NCBI RefSeq assembly: GCF_001194135.2 | Contig: NC_068982.1 | Span: forward strand, 93,781,171 to 93,845,170 | Source of the DNA: Octopus bimaculoides | Lineage: Eukaryota | DNA length: 64,000 bases | Direction of reading: 5' to 3' | Shown here: piece by piece, positions 56,625-64,000 of the stretch | Position numbering within the stretch: the stretch's first letter is position 1 | Layout: each line of letters opens with the position of its first letter | Program-made: the position numbers and the translations under genes | Notes under the pieces: model-generated | Database searches by the model: none | Told to the model about the DNA's origin: nothing | Seen by the model: only the letters and a program-made list of their open reading frames with translations

Positions 56625-57591
56625 ACTCTCTCATTTAGCTCCCTCTTGTGCTAATAATTCTATTCCTCTTGTCATACTTTCACATTTATTACTATCTCAC
56701 TTTAAGCTCAGTTTCTGTCATCACTCACTCTTTCACCCTTTGAATATTACAGGCTCTTCTAGTCTTGTGATGTACAAGGCAACCTCTTGTGTGTTGGTGC
56801 CACAATAAAATGCACCCAGTACACAAAATGGTTGGTGAATTGAGCAGTGACAATGTAGGATCAAGATGACTCTTTAGTCTTGTCAGGGGCATGACACTTC
56901 TCTACTGTAGGTTCCATAATAAAATGCAATTAGTATATTCTGTATAGTGGTTGGTGTGAGAAAGAGCATCCAGATGTAGAAATCATGCCAAAAGCCAGGA
57001 TATGCTGATGAGGCATAATCTTCCTACATGTCAAAGAAGGTATTAACTTTGATTAACTTACTTGGACTGTGACTGTTTGTCCAAGCCATGCCAGCATAGA
57101 AAGCAGACAAAAAAAAAGATGAGGATTAGCATGTTATGTATGTAGCTATGTGTGAATATATGTGTGTGCATGTCAATCATCATTGTTTTTACATCTACTT
57201 TTCCAATGGTAGCACAGGCTGGGTGTGACTGCTTAAGGTAATATTCTATGGTTGGTTAGATGCCCTTCTTGATGCCAATCCTTGTTTTCATGTAAGGTAG
57301 TTTTTTCCAGGGTCTTTACGCATAACTTCTCATGGACATTATGTAGGACATAAATGTGTCACTGGAGCCTAAGTGGTTTTAACCATTTAGCATTTAAACA
57401 GGCCATATCTGGCCAAAATACTCTACCTGCATTATGTTCGAACTGGCCAGATCTGGCCTCTCATACCAACCTTACAATATCATTCTAAAAAGTTGCCCCA
57501 TCAAAAGCTACTAGATAATGCAGATTAATTCAAAACAATTAGAATGAATAAACCTTACTTTTGACCGAATAAAGGGTTAATGCGTGCATGT

Positions 57592-57642
<51 letters not shown>

Positions 57643-60011
57643 GAGTTTTGGTACTGTTTCCTCCAGCCTAATTTCATTCACAAGACATTGGTCAACTTGA
57701 GGTTATATATAGTAGAAGACACCCATGATGTTGCCCAGTAGCATTGAACCTGAAAGACCATGGTTATAAAACAGTTCTTAATCATATAAACTATTCCTGT
57801 GTTTACATATATTATTTGTATCATATTTATCATGTATTATATATCTTTTTTCAGTAAGTATAAACATTGCATTGCTCATACAAGTGGATCAATCTTGTTT
57901 TATTGGCTTCATATATTTTCTTTGGTTTATATTTTCTTGTCATTGCTACATTCACTTCAGTACATTGTCATATTTTGAAACTTTAGTCATTCATGCATCC
58001 CTGTCAAGATAATAGTGCTGTTAATAAATGTTTGTCCTCTTTTCAGAGCCTTAACAGTCGAATAAACAGTGGTACTAGTAGCCGGTGCGTGTCAACATCC
58101 GACATCCCTCCGTCCATCACAGACCGCCACAGTCGCTCCGATCGACCAAGTTCTTATGCTGGTTTGAGTAAATCAACACCTTCATTAGAAATGGATTACA
58201 AAAAAGTAAGTATTGGTTGATATTTACCACTGGATATTGCCAATTGCTTGCTTGTGCTTTCTTAATGGTAGCTAGTTACAGAGGGTGCAAGTGTACCCTG
58301 TGAAATTGTTTGCCGGGTGCAAAATCAAAATTTGCATTCCCACAAGTGATTGATATAAAAGCACCTTGAAGTTAGGTTTCTTCTCAGAGAACAAAAATAA
58401 ATTTAAAAAAACAAAAAACTATAAATCCTTGTTTACAAACAAACTTTTGGACTTGGGTTTGCATCCCTTTAAGCAAATTTCGTTCCTGAGCCAGTGGCTA
58501 GAAAGGAATCTCTGAAAAATAAGTTAAAAGAAAAGAAACATATGTAAATATTTGTCAATTTTTTAGGAACTCAAATCATTTCAAGATTGTGTTTAATACG
58601 TGCTGCTTTATTTTATGAATAGCTTTATGAAAATGAAAAAGATGACACAAATAGGTTAAAGAAAGAGCTTGAACAAAGCAAACGAGAACTTTCGACGATG
58701 AAATTAGAACTGGAAAGGTTTCGAAGATTACATGAAGGTAGTTCAATTGAGTCAAACCAACAGAAAAGGGTAAGTAACCAGTTCTGTTGTTATGACTATT
58801 CCTTTTTGGTTGTAAACACACCAGTGTTTTATTTCAGTTGAGTAATCAAGCCATCTATGTGACCCTTATTATATTTTCCTTCAAGACATTTTTTTTATCA
58901 TTTCAAATGATAATTTTTTTCTTTTAAACAGTTTTGTTAATGTTTCCAGTAATACTTGCTGTTGTTACTTTGAAAAATAACAATAATTGGGTTGTTTTTT
59001 ATTTATGTCTTATGCTGTAATTTTGATGTCATATTGGAAAATATTCTTGTATCAGCCTGTATATTTGTTGCTTGACTCCTTTAGTAGTTTAAAAGCTTCA
59101 TATTTTTTTTTGTTTATTGTCTTTAAGGTGCCATTTTAGTAGAGAGAGTTTAACATAGTTATTTTTCTTTTGTTTTGTTTTTTCTCACTGTCAGTATTAG
59201 ATGGTAAAATTTGTTAGGAATATTTCCCAATCAATTGGGTACTTGGATTATTAAATTAAAATGTAAATTCAGTTTTGGTATGAGATGGTATCAAGAGGTT
59301 TTCAGACTAGTTATGTTTACTAAAAGATAACTTATAATAACTTACCTCAGTTTAACACCATCTCCTTCGAAATAGTCACCTTATACAGCAGTACACCGGT
59401 CCCAGCATTCCTGCCACTTTTGGAATCCTTCCTGCAAGTCATTTTCTGTAAAGTGAGTCAAGGACCTTCTGTGATTCGTTCTTGGGGAAAAGGTGGAAGT
59501 TCACAGGTGCTAAATCTGGCAAATAGGGTGGGTGCAAAAAACTTGCCGAAGCATGCCCAAAGTCTCTGTAGCAGACTTCTCAAATTTAATGCAAAATTTC
59601 ACGTTGGCACTTTGTTCCAACTTCCTGTCCATGAAAATTGCAGACTACAGCGTACACATGATTGCAAGAACACAAATTTCACAACTTCCGGGGTAAATAG
59701 TGATGTCACTCAACACACTGCCATGTGCTGCCAATATGTAACACTAAATATAGTACCGATGACTCATCTCTTCAAAACTTTACATTGATCCTTATCAAAA
59801 AGGCTTCTGGATTTTAATATGTTGATTTTCTAAATTATCTCAAATTTTCAACAGAAAATTATTTCAGTAGGAACTCAAAATTTCAGAATAAAAATCTTCT
59901 GTCCCTGTCCTTCTGTCTGTCTGTCTCTCATTTTCAGTACTTACATTACTTTATTGACAGGAAAAACGGGCTTTGGAGAGGAAATTGTCTGAACTTGAGT
60001 CTGCAATGGTC
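2155..60011 (+). CDS. PPP1R12A: Myosin phosphatase targeting subunit (MYPT1/PPP1R12 family), 3' part. Multi-exon: 2155-2586, 5048-5138, 5750-5977, 7931-8015, 9729-9902, 12618-12721, 15497-15553, 58047-58205, 58623-58769, 59961-60011
   Basis: The exons have AG/GT boundaries and compatible phases (2-2, 2-0, 0-0, 0-1, 1-1, 1-0, 0-0, 0-0, 0-0, 0-0). The spliced product contains RDEETETQRKARARKARETRRSTQGIS, KRERRSTGV, MDYKKLYE and EKRALERKLSELE, which match MYPT1 hallmark motifs. Invertebrates have a single PPP1R12-type gene, so the symbol is nominal. Confidence 0.93.
2951..3322. repeat. Fold-back palindrome, arms about 170 bp (2951-3122 / 3139-3322), loop about 16 nt
   Basis: gttcaattcc...cagtaagtcatttg...cttagtc is mirrored by gactaag...caaatgacttactg...ggaattgaac, with (ATT)n/(AAT)n outer ends. 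Confidence 0.88.
5048..5138 (+). CDS. PPP1R12A: MYPT exon TFEPPKRDEETETQRKARARKARETRRSTQ (Thr696-equivalent inhibitory site)
   Basis: ttcattag| acceptor, CAG|gtttgt donor. Strong match to vertebrate RDEESESQRKARSRQARQSRRSTQ. Confidence 0.95.
5750..5977 (+). CDS. PPP1R12A: MYPT exon GISTEDIAKAK...EERSH
   Basis: ttcccacag| acceptor, CAT|gtaagc donor, 228 nt, phase 0-0. It completes RRSTQ|GIS and has an acidic/basic EEKENKEKE stretch. Confidence 0.92.
7489..7818 (+). mobile_element. tRNA-derived SINE, family 1, interrupted by a 10-N gap
   Basis: ggcgcagg..gtggtaagtagc..ggttcagtccc head and cgactaaaggc...aaatgactgaaacaa tail. Confidence 0.9.
7931..8015 (+). CDS. PPP1R12A: MYPT exon SNQAPYRRPRESELSTSSTPNIYSIDSY
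   Basis: ttgttttag| acceptor, T|gtaagt donor, phase 0-1, open frame. It is required to link the 5977 and 9729/12618 exons. Confidence 0.8.
8079..8249. mobile_element. piggyBac-type MITE (CCCTTTAGCATT TIR)
   Basis: gtaa|ccctttagcatt ... aatgctaaaggg|tttt, with a degenerate TTAA TSD. Same family as 34828 and 57379. Confidence 0.8.
9729..9902 (+). CDS. PPP1R12A: MYPT exon HGQHNQ...RTSSFRNRFRNEESEKKKEEETKDPSKETK
   Basis: ttttcctttccag| acceptor, phase 1-1. The donor is either AAG|gtgcaa (9903) or CAA|gtaaag (9888); both keep the frame. Confidence 0.78.
10734..10958. mobile_element. piggyBac-type MITE, second family
   Basis: ttaa|cctttttgttacc ... cgtaactaaaagc|ttaa. Confidence 0.6.
11105..11242 (-). 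mobile_element. Degenerate SINE, family 2
   Basis: Similar to 18712-18920 (aaaggat..aaggc.aagt.gac...ggatttgaactc). Confidence 0.5.
12618..12721 (+). CDS. PPP1R12A: MYPT exon EKEKDSERRETSALKARRAKRERRSTGVINYNLK (Thr853-equivalent site)
   Basis: ttattcctgaag| acceptor, AAG|gtatgt donor, phase 1-0. Contains the RRSTGV motif. Confidence 0.92.
12876..14643. mobile_element. DNA transposon with long TIRs (at least 357 bp), GG...CC termini and 8-bp TSD GATATTGT (Merlin- or MULE-like)
   Basis: 12884-13240 is the near-identical reverse complement of 14277-14635. GATATTGT sits at 12876-12883 and 14636-14643. The interior is mostly an N-gap (13343-14276). Confidence 0.92.
15048..15410 (+). mobile_element. 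SINE family 1 with RTE-like tail, degenerate
   Basis: Core gtgtcctctactatagcc...gtgagtggatttggttgatgg, tail atccatgcaaacatggaag. Confidence 0.75.
15497..15553 (+). CDS. PPP1R12A: MYPT acidic exon SDEESNSVSKEENESDDST
   Basis: ctcctttttgcag| acceptor, ACA|gtaagt donor, 57 nt, phase 0-0. Resembles the vertebrate SDENEQ... exon (recalled, not aligned). Confidence 0.88.
17521..18015. mobile_element. RTE-clade LINE 3' end with a 5' inversion (17521-17899 minus, 17900-18015 plus)
   Basis: The minus part matches 62640-63033. The plus part matches 63030 onward and ends gcatggaaagcggacgttaaa...(tga)n. Confidence 0.85.
18712..18920 (-). mobile_element. tRNA-derived SINE, family 2 (CORE-like)
   Basis: Reverse complement of the family at 55735 and 60286 (catcctttcggggtcaat...aagtaccagtt...ggccttgtgcctatagtagaaagg). 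Confidence 0.82.
20939..21095 (+). mobile_element. SINE family 1, degenerate
   Basis: gagttcaattcccctgtgtggcac...ggtagatggcaactgaaaga. Confidence 0.65.
21164..21175 (+). CDS. Candidate 12-nt microexon (STVK)
   Basis: cattttcttgcag|TCCACTGTGAAA|gtatgt. Phase 0-0 inside a phase-0 intron. Confidence 0.4.
22543..22746 (+). CDS. Probable alternative first coding exon, Gly/Ser/Tyr-rich, MSYGSYRYGLP...GSLGSL (68 aa)
   Basis: ATG preceded by five in-frame TAA codons. Codon-like GS-rich frame inside an AT-rich intron. Donor CTG|gtatgt is phase 0, matching the exon at 58047. Confidence 0.72.
23428..23765 (+). mobile_element. SINE family 1
   Basis: ggcacagg..tgtgtggtaagaag..gggttcaatctc..gggcaagtgtcttctactatag. 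Confidence 0.82.
24260..25162 (-). mobile_element. Internally deleted mariner (Tc1/mariner) element
   Basis: The minus strand gives MDRKLENRANVNFCAKLRKSATETL...WHGRIKNGRTFLKEDE*SGR (N-terminal HTH; ATG at 24974), PHSPYLPDLTPADFHFFPKL and a QGDYFKGD-type C-terminus, with stops and frameshifts. Confidence 0.85.
25617..25972. repeat. Compound (TG)/(CA)/(TA) microsatellite running into an N-gap
   Basis: Seen directly. It produces several spurious ORFs. Confidence 0.97.
26440..26858 (+). mobile_element. Near full-length tRNA-derived SINE, family 1
   Basis: ggcgcaggagtggctgtgtggtaagtagc (A-box-like), ggttcagtccc (B-box-like), core, internal (TG)n and tail ...gactgaaacaagtaaaaga(TA)n. Confidence 0.93.
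26913..27545 (+). mobile_element. CR1/L2-type LINE reverse-transcriptase fragment, degenerate
   Basis: ILTSYADDTKLSHAIKNPDDIISLQNDLNAIYKWAQ*NNMQF, then DLGI, LDYCSQLWSP and WKILEGLVPN in shifted frames. Confidence 0.87.
28340..29330 (-). mobile_element. Old RTE-clade LINE RT fragment
   Basis: Minus strand IIVNCYKGKSEVLE*NSYRGIKMLDKVMKV (about 28640-28720) and KLNVEEWFLKLAQVMYRG (about 28370-28420). Boundaries are approximate. Confidence 0.72.
30138..30207. repeat. Exact 33-bp tandem duplication
   Basis: attatgctttcaccttaaaaatctttcaacaga x2. Confidence 0.95.
31068..32912 (-). mobile_element. Internally deleted piggyBac transposon
   Basis: Termini tgaa|ccctttaatgtt and aacactaaaggg|ttaa. Minus-strand remnants: NFKGFTLDD, LFLPKSFFETVTEETN, DTAEMQPFLFIINIMFVIKQLPQLWNYW and PLPSKGYDHL, then a Cys-rich C-terminus KVCRLCS...CTVPLCKGCFEEFH. 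Confidence 0.8.
34362..34629. repeat. Diverged tandem duplication, unit about 130 bp
   Basis: catgtcatgctt...gaaagtcatgatatttg...ctcagaaaagaagtattg...cacattct.aagtgg occurs twice. Confidence 0.9.
34828..35413. mobile_element. piggyBac-type MITE interrupted by a family-1 SINE (34954-35310, +)
   Basis: ttaa|cctttaagca ... gaatgctgaaggg|ttaa. The two MITE halves are collinear with the copy at 57379. Confidence 0.87.
38660..39022 (-). mobile_element. tRNA-derived SINE, family 3
   Basis: Reverse complement of gcatggcctaatggttagg...ttcttgagcaaaacacttt, the same family as 51455. The left boundary is approximate. Confidence 0.65.
42987..43044. repeat. 29-bp tandem duplication
   Basis: gattgttttgctcttttggggaagacatg x2. 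Confidence 0.95.
43232..43755. mobile_element. Fold-back non-autonomous retroelement: tRNA-like head plus Penelope-type hammerhead tail, inverted arms 43246-43454 / 43499-43723
   Basis: Arms are reverse complements. The loop carries TAGTGGATAAGG (A-box) running into GAGTTCAATCC (B-box). CTGATGA-stem-AAAC-GTT core at 43630-43675. Flanking direct repeat AATATAGATTGTT. Confidence 0.8.
43630..43675 (+). ncRNA. Minimal type-I hammerhead ribozyme motif (Penelope-type), degenerate (G12->A)
   Basis: AACAC (stem I), CTGATGA, A, GGCTG-loop-CAGCC (stem II), AAAAC, GTT, GTGGT (stem I'), with palindromic AACGTT at stem III. A mirror copy lies on the minus strand at about 43290-43336. Confidence 0.65.
46229..46268 (+). 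mobile_element. Extreme 3' tail of the RTE family
   Basis: atgccagcatggaaagcggatgttaaatgatgatg. Confidence 0.8.
51455..51770 (+). mobile_element. tRNA-derived SINE, family 3
   Basis: gcatggctta..gttagggtg..gagctcaattcc..ccttgagcaagacacttta. Confidence 0.7.
51995..52079. repeat. 17-bp minisatellite x5 (CA[G/A]TTTGCATTTATTTT)
   Basis: Seen directly. Confidence 0.95.
54125..54156. repeat. 16-bp tandem duplication
   Basis: gtgtgtgatgctttct x2. Confidence 0.9.
54550..54735. mobile_element. 5'-truncated fold-back copy of the hammerhead-bearing element, 11-bp TSD TGAGTATTAAC
   Basis: Hairpin 54577-54601 / 54603-54627. CTGATGA-A-GGCTG..CAGCT-GAAAT-GTT-GTGTT core. Tail cctcatctcttaaatatagaac. TSD at 54550-54560 and 54725-54735. 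Confidence 0.82.
55440..55700 (+). mobile_element. SINE family 1, very degenerate
   Basis: cttgggcagatgtcctctcttatagccc...ggaaactc followed by (TG)n. Confidence 0.5.
55735..55925 (+). mobile_element. SINE family 2 (CORE-like)
   Basis: gtcaactttgcttttcatcctttcagggttgataaagcaagtaccagttgagcactggggttgatgtaatcga. Confidence 0.8.
57379..57580. mobile_element. piggyBac-type MITE
   Basis: ttaa|ccatttagcatttaaacaggccatatctggcc ... aaaggg|ttaa. Confidence 0.85.
57655..57785 (-). mobile_element. SINE family 1, degenerate, antisense
   Basis: Reverse complement reads ggttcaatg...gtgtcttctactata...gaccaatgtcttgtgaatg. Confidence 0.55.
58047..58205 (+). CDS. PPP1R12A: MYPT exon SLNSRINSG...SLEMDYKK
   Basis: tcctcttttcag| acceptor, AAA|gtaagt donor, 159 nt, phase 0-0. 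Ends in DYKK, like vertebrate DFKK. Confidence 0.92.
58623..58769 (+). CDS. PPP1R12A: MYPT coiled-coil exon LYENEKDDTNRLKKELEQSKRELSTMKLELERFRRLHEGSSIESNQQKR
   Basis: ttttatgaatag| acceptor, AGG|gtaagt donor, 147 nt, phase 0-0, heptad pattern. Not in the supplied ORF track. Confidence 0.92.
59340..59790 (-). mobile_element. Mariner deletion derivative, same family as 24260
   Basis: Minus strand MDRKLEQSANVKFCIKFEKSATETLGML (ATG at 59632) is fused directly to HPPYLPDLAPVNFHLFPK and the QGDYFEGD-type end. Confidence 0.85.
59961..60011 (+). CDS. PPP1R12A: MYPT exon EKRALERKLSELESAMV
   Basis: tttattgacag| acceptor, GTC|gtaagt donor, 51 nt. Matches vertebrate ERRALERRISEMEEELK. Confidence 0.95.
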
Positions 60012-60285
60012 GTAAGTAGAAATGTTACATTGATAAAATCTTGTTGAAGTTGACTGTAATGTTGAAAAATAATTTGATGATAATTTACCAGGGGATGGGG
60101 TGAGGGAGAAATATATGATTAATTTCAGCCCCTGTTACTCGTAATATTCTTATGGCAAAAATTTATTACAATATATTTTATTTTTTTAAATGTTCAAGAC
60201 TTTGATGCTTTCAGCAGAATTTTCAGTGTACTGTGTAAAATATGTCAGTTCACATCCTTATTTCTAAACTATTACTATTATTATT

Positions 60286-60480
60286 TAGCATGCCAGGCAA
60301 AATGCTTAGCGGCATTTTATCCGTCTTAGTTCTGAATTCAAATTGTGCCACAGTTGACTTTGCCTGTCATCCTTTCAGAGTTGATGAAATTAGTACCAGT
60401 TTCACACTAGGGTTGATGTAATTGACTAGCCCCCTCCCCAAAGTTTCAGGCCTTGTGCCTATAGTAGAGAGGATTATTAT
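60286..60480 (+). mobile_element. SINE family 2 (CORE-like)
   Basis: gttgactttgcctgtcatcctttcagagttgatg...ggccttgtgcctatagtagagaggattattat. Confidence 0.8.
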
Positions 60481-60570
60481 TATTTCTTTTTACCAAGATT
60501 AGCGAACAAAATTGTTCGGTTGCTTCTTCGTAAGATTTAGTGTGTCTTTGACGAATGTCACTTTCTCCAG

Positions 60571-60675
60571 AAACTGGAAAAATATAAAGTGAATATTAAG
60601 TGCTACTGTGAAGAGGAGGAATTTTTGAAGAAAATCTCTGGCAGTATTTCGGCATGGCCTCAACTGAATGATTAA
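60571..60675 (+). CDS. Candidate next or alternative terminal exon KLEKYKVNIKCYCEEEEFLKKISGSISAWPQLND*
   Basis: Strong acceptor gtcactttctccag. Open in phase 0 for 34 codons, with ATTAAA overlapping the stop. An internal donor AAA|gtgaat after KLEKYK is also possible. Confidence 0.45.
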   Translation, partial: KLEKYKVNIKCYCEEEEFLKKISGSISAWPQLND

Positions 60676-62334
60676 AAATATTTGTCTTTCTAATTGACTA
60701 TAGTTGGAGAAATGCTTATATTGTTAAATACACAAATCTTTATTTTTAATCAGTTCTCCAGTTGGGTGCCAAACTATATATAGTGTTCAGTTTCCTTCCC
60801 CTTAGTTTTGCAGTGACATTTCACAGGAGTTGACATCGTACTTTTAAGTAGTTCATATTTCTTTTTAAGAAATATTGGTTTTCTAAAATCAGTTGTTGAT
60901 GCCTATATGTACAACTGAAAAAATTAGAAGAGAAAATTTGTAAAAGGACTTATATGATTTAAACCTCAACTTTAATTTTGAGCTGCAGATTCAATCCTCA
61001 CTTTGTCTTTTCCGTATATTATGTTCTCTTGTTGCTGTATACAAGTCCTCATAGAAATTTATATTACAAATGGCATAGGTTGGACAAGCTTGCTGTATAT
61101 CATTATCACCAATTGCCTTGGTCTCTTGTTTTTTTAATAGAACTATCAAAAAATTTGTCAATGGACTTGGAGTTGATATGAAGTGAGTAAATCAGACCAA
61201 GTCACCTTCTGGTGTTCCTTTTTATTGAATTCCTCTTATTTGGATGATTTAAGAAATCAAAAGAATGCAAAACTATGTGGAAAGATATGACAAAATAAAC
61301 TCCTCATCACTATGTACTGATCTTGTGCTTATGTTACTTTTGAAGACTTTACACCTCACTTCATGAGCACAACCCATATGTTTCTCTACATTTTAGCATT
61401 TCAATTATCTTATTAGATTCCTTATTCATTGCACCAATAAAGACAGGCCTGAAATCAAGAACCTAAATAGACAATTTTTTTTTTTCTATTCTTGTTGTCT
61501 CTCTTCACATTTTCCTTGATCCAGCAGATTTCTATTCAAAGGTGTTACAACTGTGACCCCATCATATCTTGTTCTCAAACAGTGTTTCTAAGACTACAAT
61601 AGTCAATGTTACTTTTTCTTTCCTTTTGTGTTTTAAAGAGTGTAGGATGAGGTTTGAGGGAAATTTACCTGCTATTGTTAGTAGGTCAAGCAACTACATA
61701 GAGACTTCAGTTTGTGTTAACGAACAGTATACTGTACTGTTGAGTTAGGGATTTTTCAACCAAATAGTCTTGCTTTTGACAACCACCTGCAGATGCAACT
61801 GGCTTTACTTATAGTGCTGTTAACATAAGAAAGGCTGTCATGCAGGATTAAAAGTTCTCTTTACTCTGAATTAGTTTCTAATTCAGAGTGGTTTTTCTCA
61901 AAGATTGGTTAACTTCACCACACATCTCTTGCACATTGATGGAAAAGCCTTTTAATACTGATGTTTCTGCAGCATTATTATAGCTAATCTTTTTGTCTAA
62001 AAGGTGGAATGGGGGAGATAGAGGTGTCTATAACATATTAGAGTACGTCAAGTTGATCTGCTCCTTCTCCAGTCAAAGGACTCTGTTGCAAAGTATAAAT
62101 AGTGGGATATGTGAGACGAATTGCTATGAGATTATCAGAAACACAAATGACATAAAAGGCTGAAGTTTATGATGTGACCACATAACTTTAACAAAATATT
62201 GAGTATAGCTTTATCAGAAAGTTTTGAGATATTTTTATTTTAGTGTAAGAAAGATAAAGTTCTTAACTAGTTTTGCTAGAAATATCTAAAAAAAAAAAAA
62301 AAAAAAAAAAAAAACCATGATAAATTAAATTCTG

Positions 62335-63206
62335 CTGGTATGGTTAGGTGGCGAGAATGGATGAGGATAGCTGTGTGAAAAGTGCCACAGCCTGACAGTT
62401 GAGGGAACCTGTGGAAGTGATAGACCCAGGAAGACCTGGGATGAGGTGATGAAGCATGACCTTCGAACATTAGGCCTCACCGAGGCAATGACTTGTGACC
62501 GAGACCGTTAGAAATATGCAGTGCGTGAGAAGACCCGGCAAGCCAAGTGAGACCATAATCCGAGGCCACTGCCAGGGGGTGTAGTCAACCCACTTATGCG
62601 TACCTTTCCTTCATTGGACACTAAACTCTATCTGCGAAGACCTGTTGGGGCAAGTGAAATCAAAATCATGATTGAACTAAATTCAGTGACTGGCAGCTGT
62701 GCCAGTGGAGCACCATCCGAGCGTCATCATTGTCAGAGCAGTTGTCTGGCTTCCGTGCCGGTGGCATGTAAATAGCACCGTTTGAGTGTGATCATTAGCA
62801 GCGTTGCGAGTTACTGGCACTTGTGCCAGTGACATGTGAAAAACATTCAAGCGAGGTCATTGCCAGTGCCGCTGGACTGGCTCTTGTGCAGGTGGCACGT
62901 AAAAACACCATTTTGAGCATGGCCATTGCTGGTACCACCTGACTGGCCTTCGTGCCGGTGGCACGTACAAGCACCCACTACACTCTCGGAGTGGTTGGCG
63001 TTAGGAAGGGCATCCAGCTGTAGAAACTCTGCCAGATCAGATTGGAGCCTGGTGCAGCCTTCTGGTTCACNNNNNNNNNNAGGGCATCCAGCTGTAGAAA
63101 CTCTGCCAGATCAGATTGGAGCCTGGTGCAGCCTTCTGGTTCACCAGTCCTCAGTCAAATCGTCCAACCCATGCTAGCATGGAAGGCGGATGTTAAACAA
63201 TGATGA
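62335..63206 (+). mobile_element. RTE-clade LINE 3' end (ORF C-terminus plus 3' UTR)
   Basis: WYG*VARMDEDSCV..CHSLTVEGTCGSDRPRKTWDEVMKHDLRTLGLTEAMTCDRD..YAVREKTRQAK*. The UTR has repeated gtgccggtggcacgtaaa units and ends gcatggaaggcggatgttaaacaatgatgat. Confidence 0.9.
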
Positions 63207-63228
63207 TATATACATATATTACTCTTTT

Positions 63229-63267
<39 letters not shown>

Positions 63268-64000
63268 CATAAATTCATTTTATATGTACTAAATTCTTAC
63301 TAAATTCTTTTGTACAATTTCTAAAGTGACTAGTTTCTTTCGTCTTTCATGACAGTATTCGATGCAAAGTGTTCCTCATTGTGCTTTTTTTTATCGTATT
63401 TTTTTTTTTCTGTATAAATACAAGTTTTTAACTAAAACTATTAGTTAGTATCAGTTGGTCAGTTACTATGTAAATGTTCACTAGATAGCATGAATAAAAA
63501 AAACTATGGCATATCCAATTATATCTTTCCACCGAATTTCATACTGCTCATCCTTGTATCTCAATATAATATCCATCATATGTCTTATTTATCCTCATCA
63601 TTATTCCAATTGTTTTACATCTTCATCTTCATTAGATCAAAATGTTTAGTTGTCTCTCAATCCCTATTCTTTGTTTTATATCTACTTTCAATTAGTAAGT
63701 GATTAATCTTTGGTATAATTTGTGCAATGCTTTCTGTTTTTTTCCTTAATAATAAACTACAAATATTTGTTAAAATGATCTTATTTTTTCTTTTGATGTT
63801 TTTCACAAATTTTGTATGGTTATTTTACCCAGCATTGCAACAGCAAAAGAGAAATTTCAATATTTCACCCAGACTGGGATGTATTTTGTCTTTTTTTTCT
63901 TGTAATTTATTAACAGTTGTACTAAATGTTTCCAAAAATTTTCCTGAATCAGGAAAAAGAAATGGAATTATTTGTTAATATTAAAACTATTTCTCATCTA

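Larger units (their letters stand above)
49253..64000. repeat. Scattered simple repeats: (ATT)n 49253-49294, (CA)n 51022-51106, (CAT)n 53361-53405, (CT)n 56366-56393 and 56565-56619, (CA)n 57590-57640, poly-A 62288-62314
   Basis: Seen directly. Further arrays at 7404-7486, 16433-16544, 18015-18080 and 20735-20935. Confidence 0.95.

Noticed and set aside
57987-58046. In-frame upstream acceptor and ATG (MHPCQDN...) extending the 58047 exon
   Set aside because: The extension is the branch/polypyrimidine region of the stronger 58046 acceptor, and the peptide is not MYPT-like.
63007-63144. Apparent 64-bp tandem duplication around the 10-N gap at 63071-63080
   Set aside because: The sequence is identical on both sides of a minimal gap, typical of an unmerged contig overlap.
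1-64000. CRISPR arrays, operons, rRNA or prokaryotic defence systems
   Set aside because: The sequence is eukaryotic intron/exon DNA. No regularly spaced repeat-spacer array or dense gene cluster is present.

Overview
AT-rich animal genomic DNA, most likely a cephalopod (octopus-type SINEs, dense CA/TA microsatellites; inference). It has eight N-gaps. The whole window is the 3' half of one + strand gene for a myosin phosphatase targeting subunit (MYPT1/PPP1R12 family, Drosophila Mbs-like). Nine exons splice in frame and give both inhibitory phosphorylation motifs (RRSTQ|G and RRSTG) and the C-terminal coiled coil (DYKK|LYE ... EKRALERKLSELE). The N-terminal ankyrin exons and the canonical [12 protein letters not shown] leucine-zipper exon were not found in the window. 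The main signals are: (1) an ATG-starting exon inside the 42.5-kb intron that predicts a short M20/M21-like isoform; (2) a candidate zipper-less terminal exon; (3) candidate microexons; (4) fold-back retro-insertions carrying a Penelope-type minimal hammerhead ribozyme, one of them with a tRNA-like Pol III head; (5) a young long-TIR DNA element with an 8-bp TSD. The introns also hold piggyBac, mariner, RTE and CR1 remnants, MITEs and several SINE families. All exon and repeat calls were made by eye, without transcript or database evidence.
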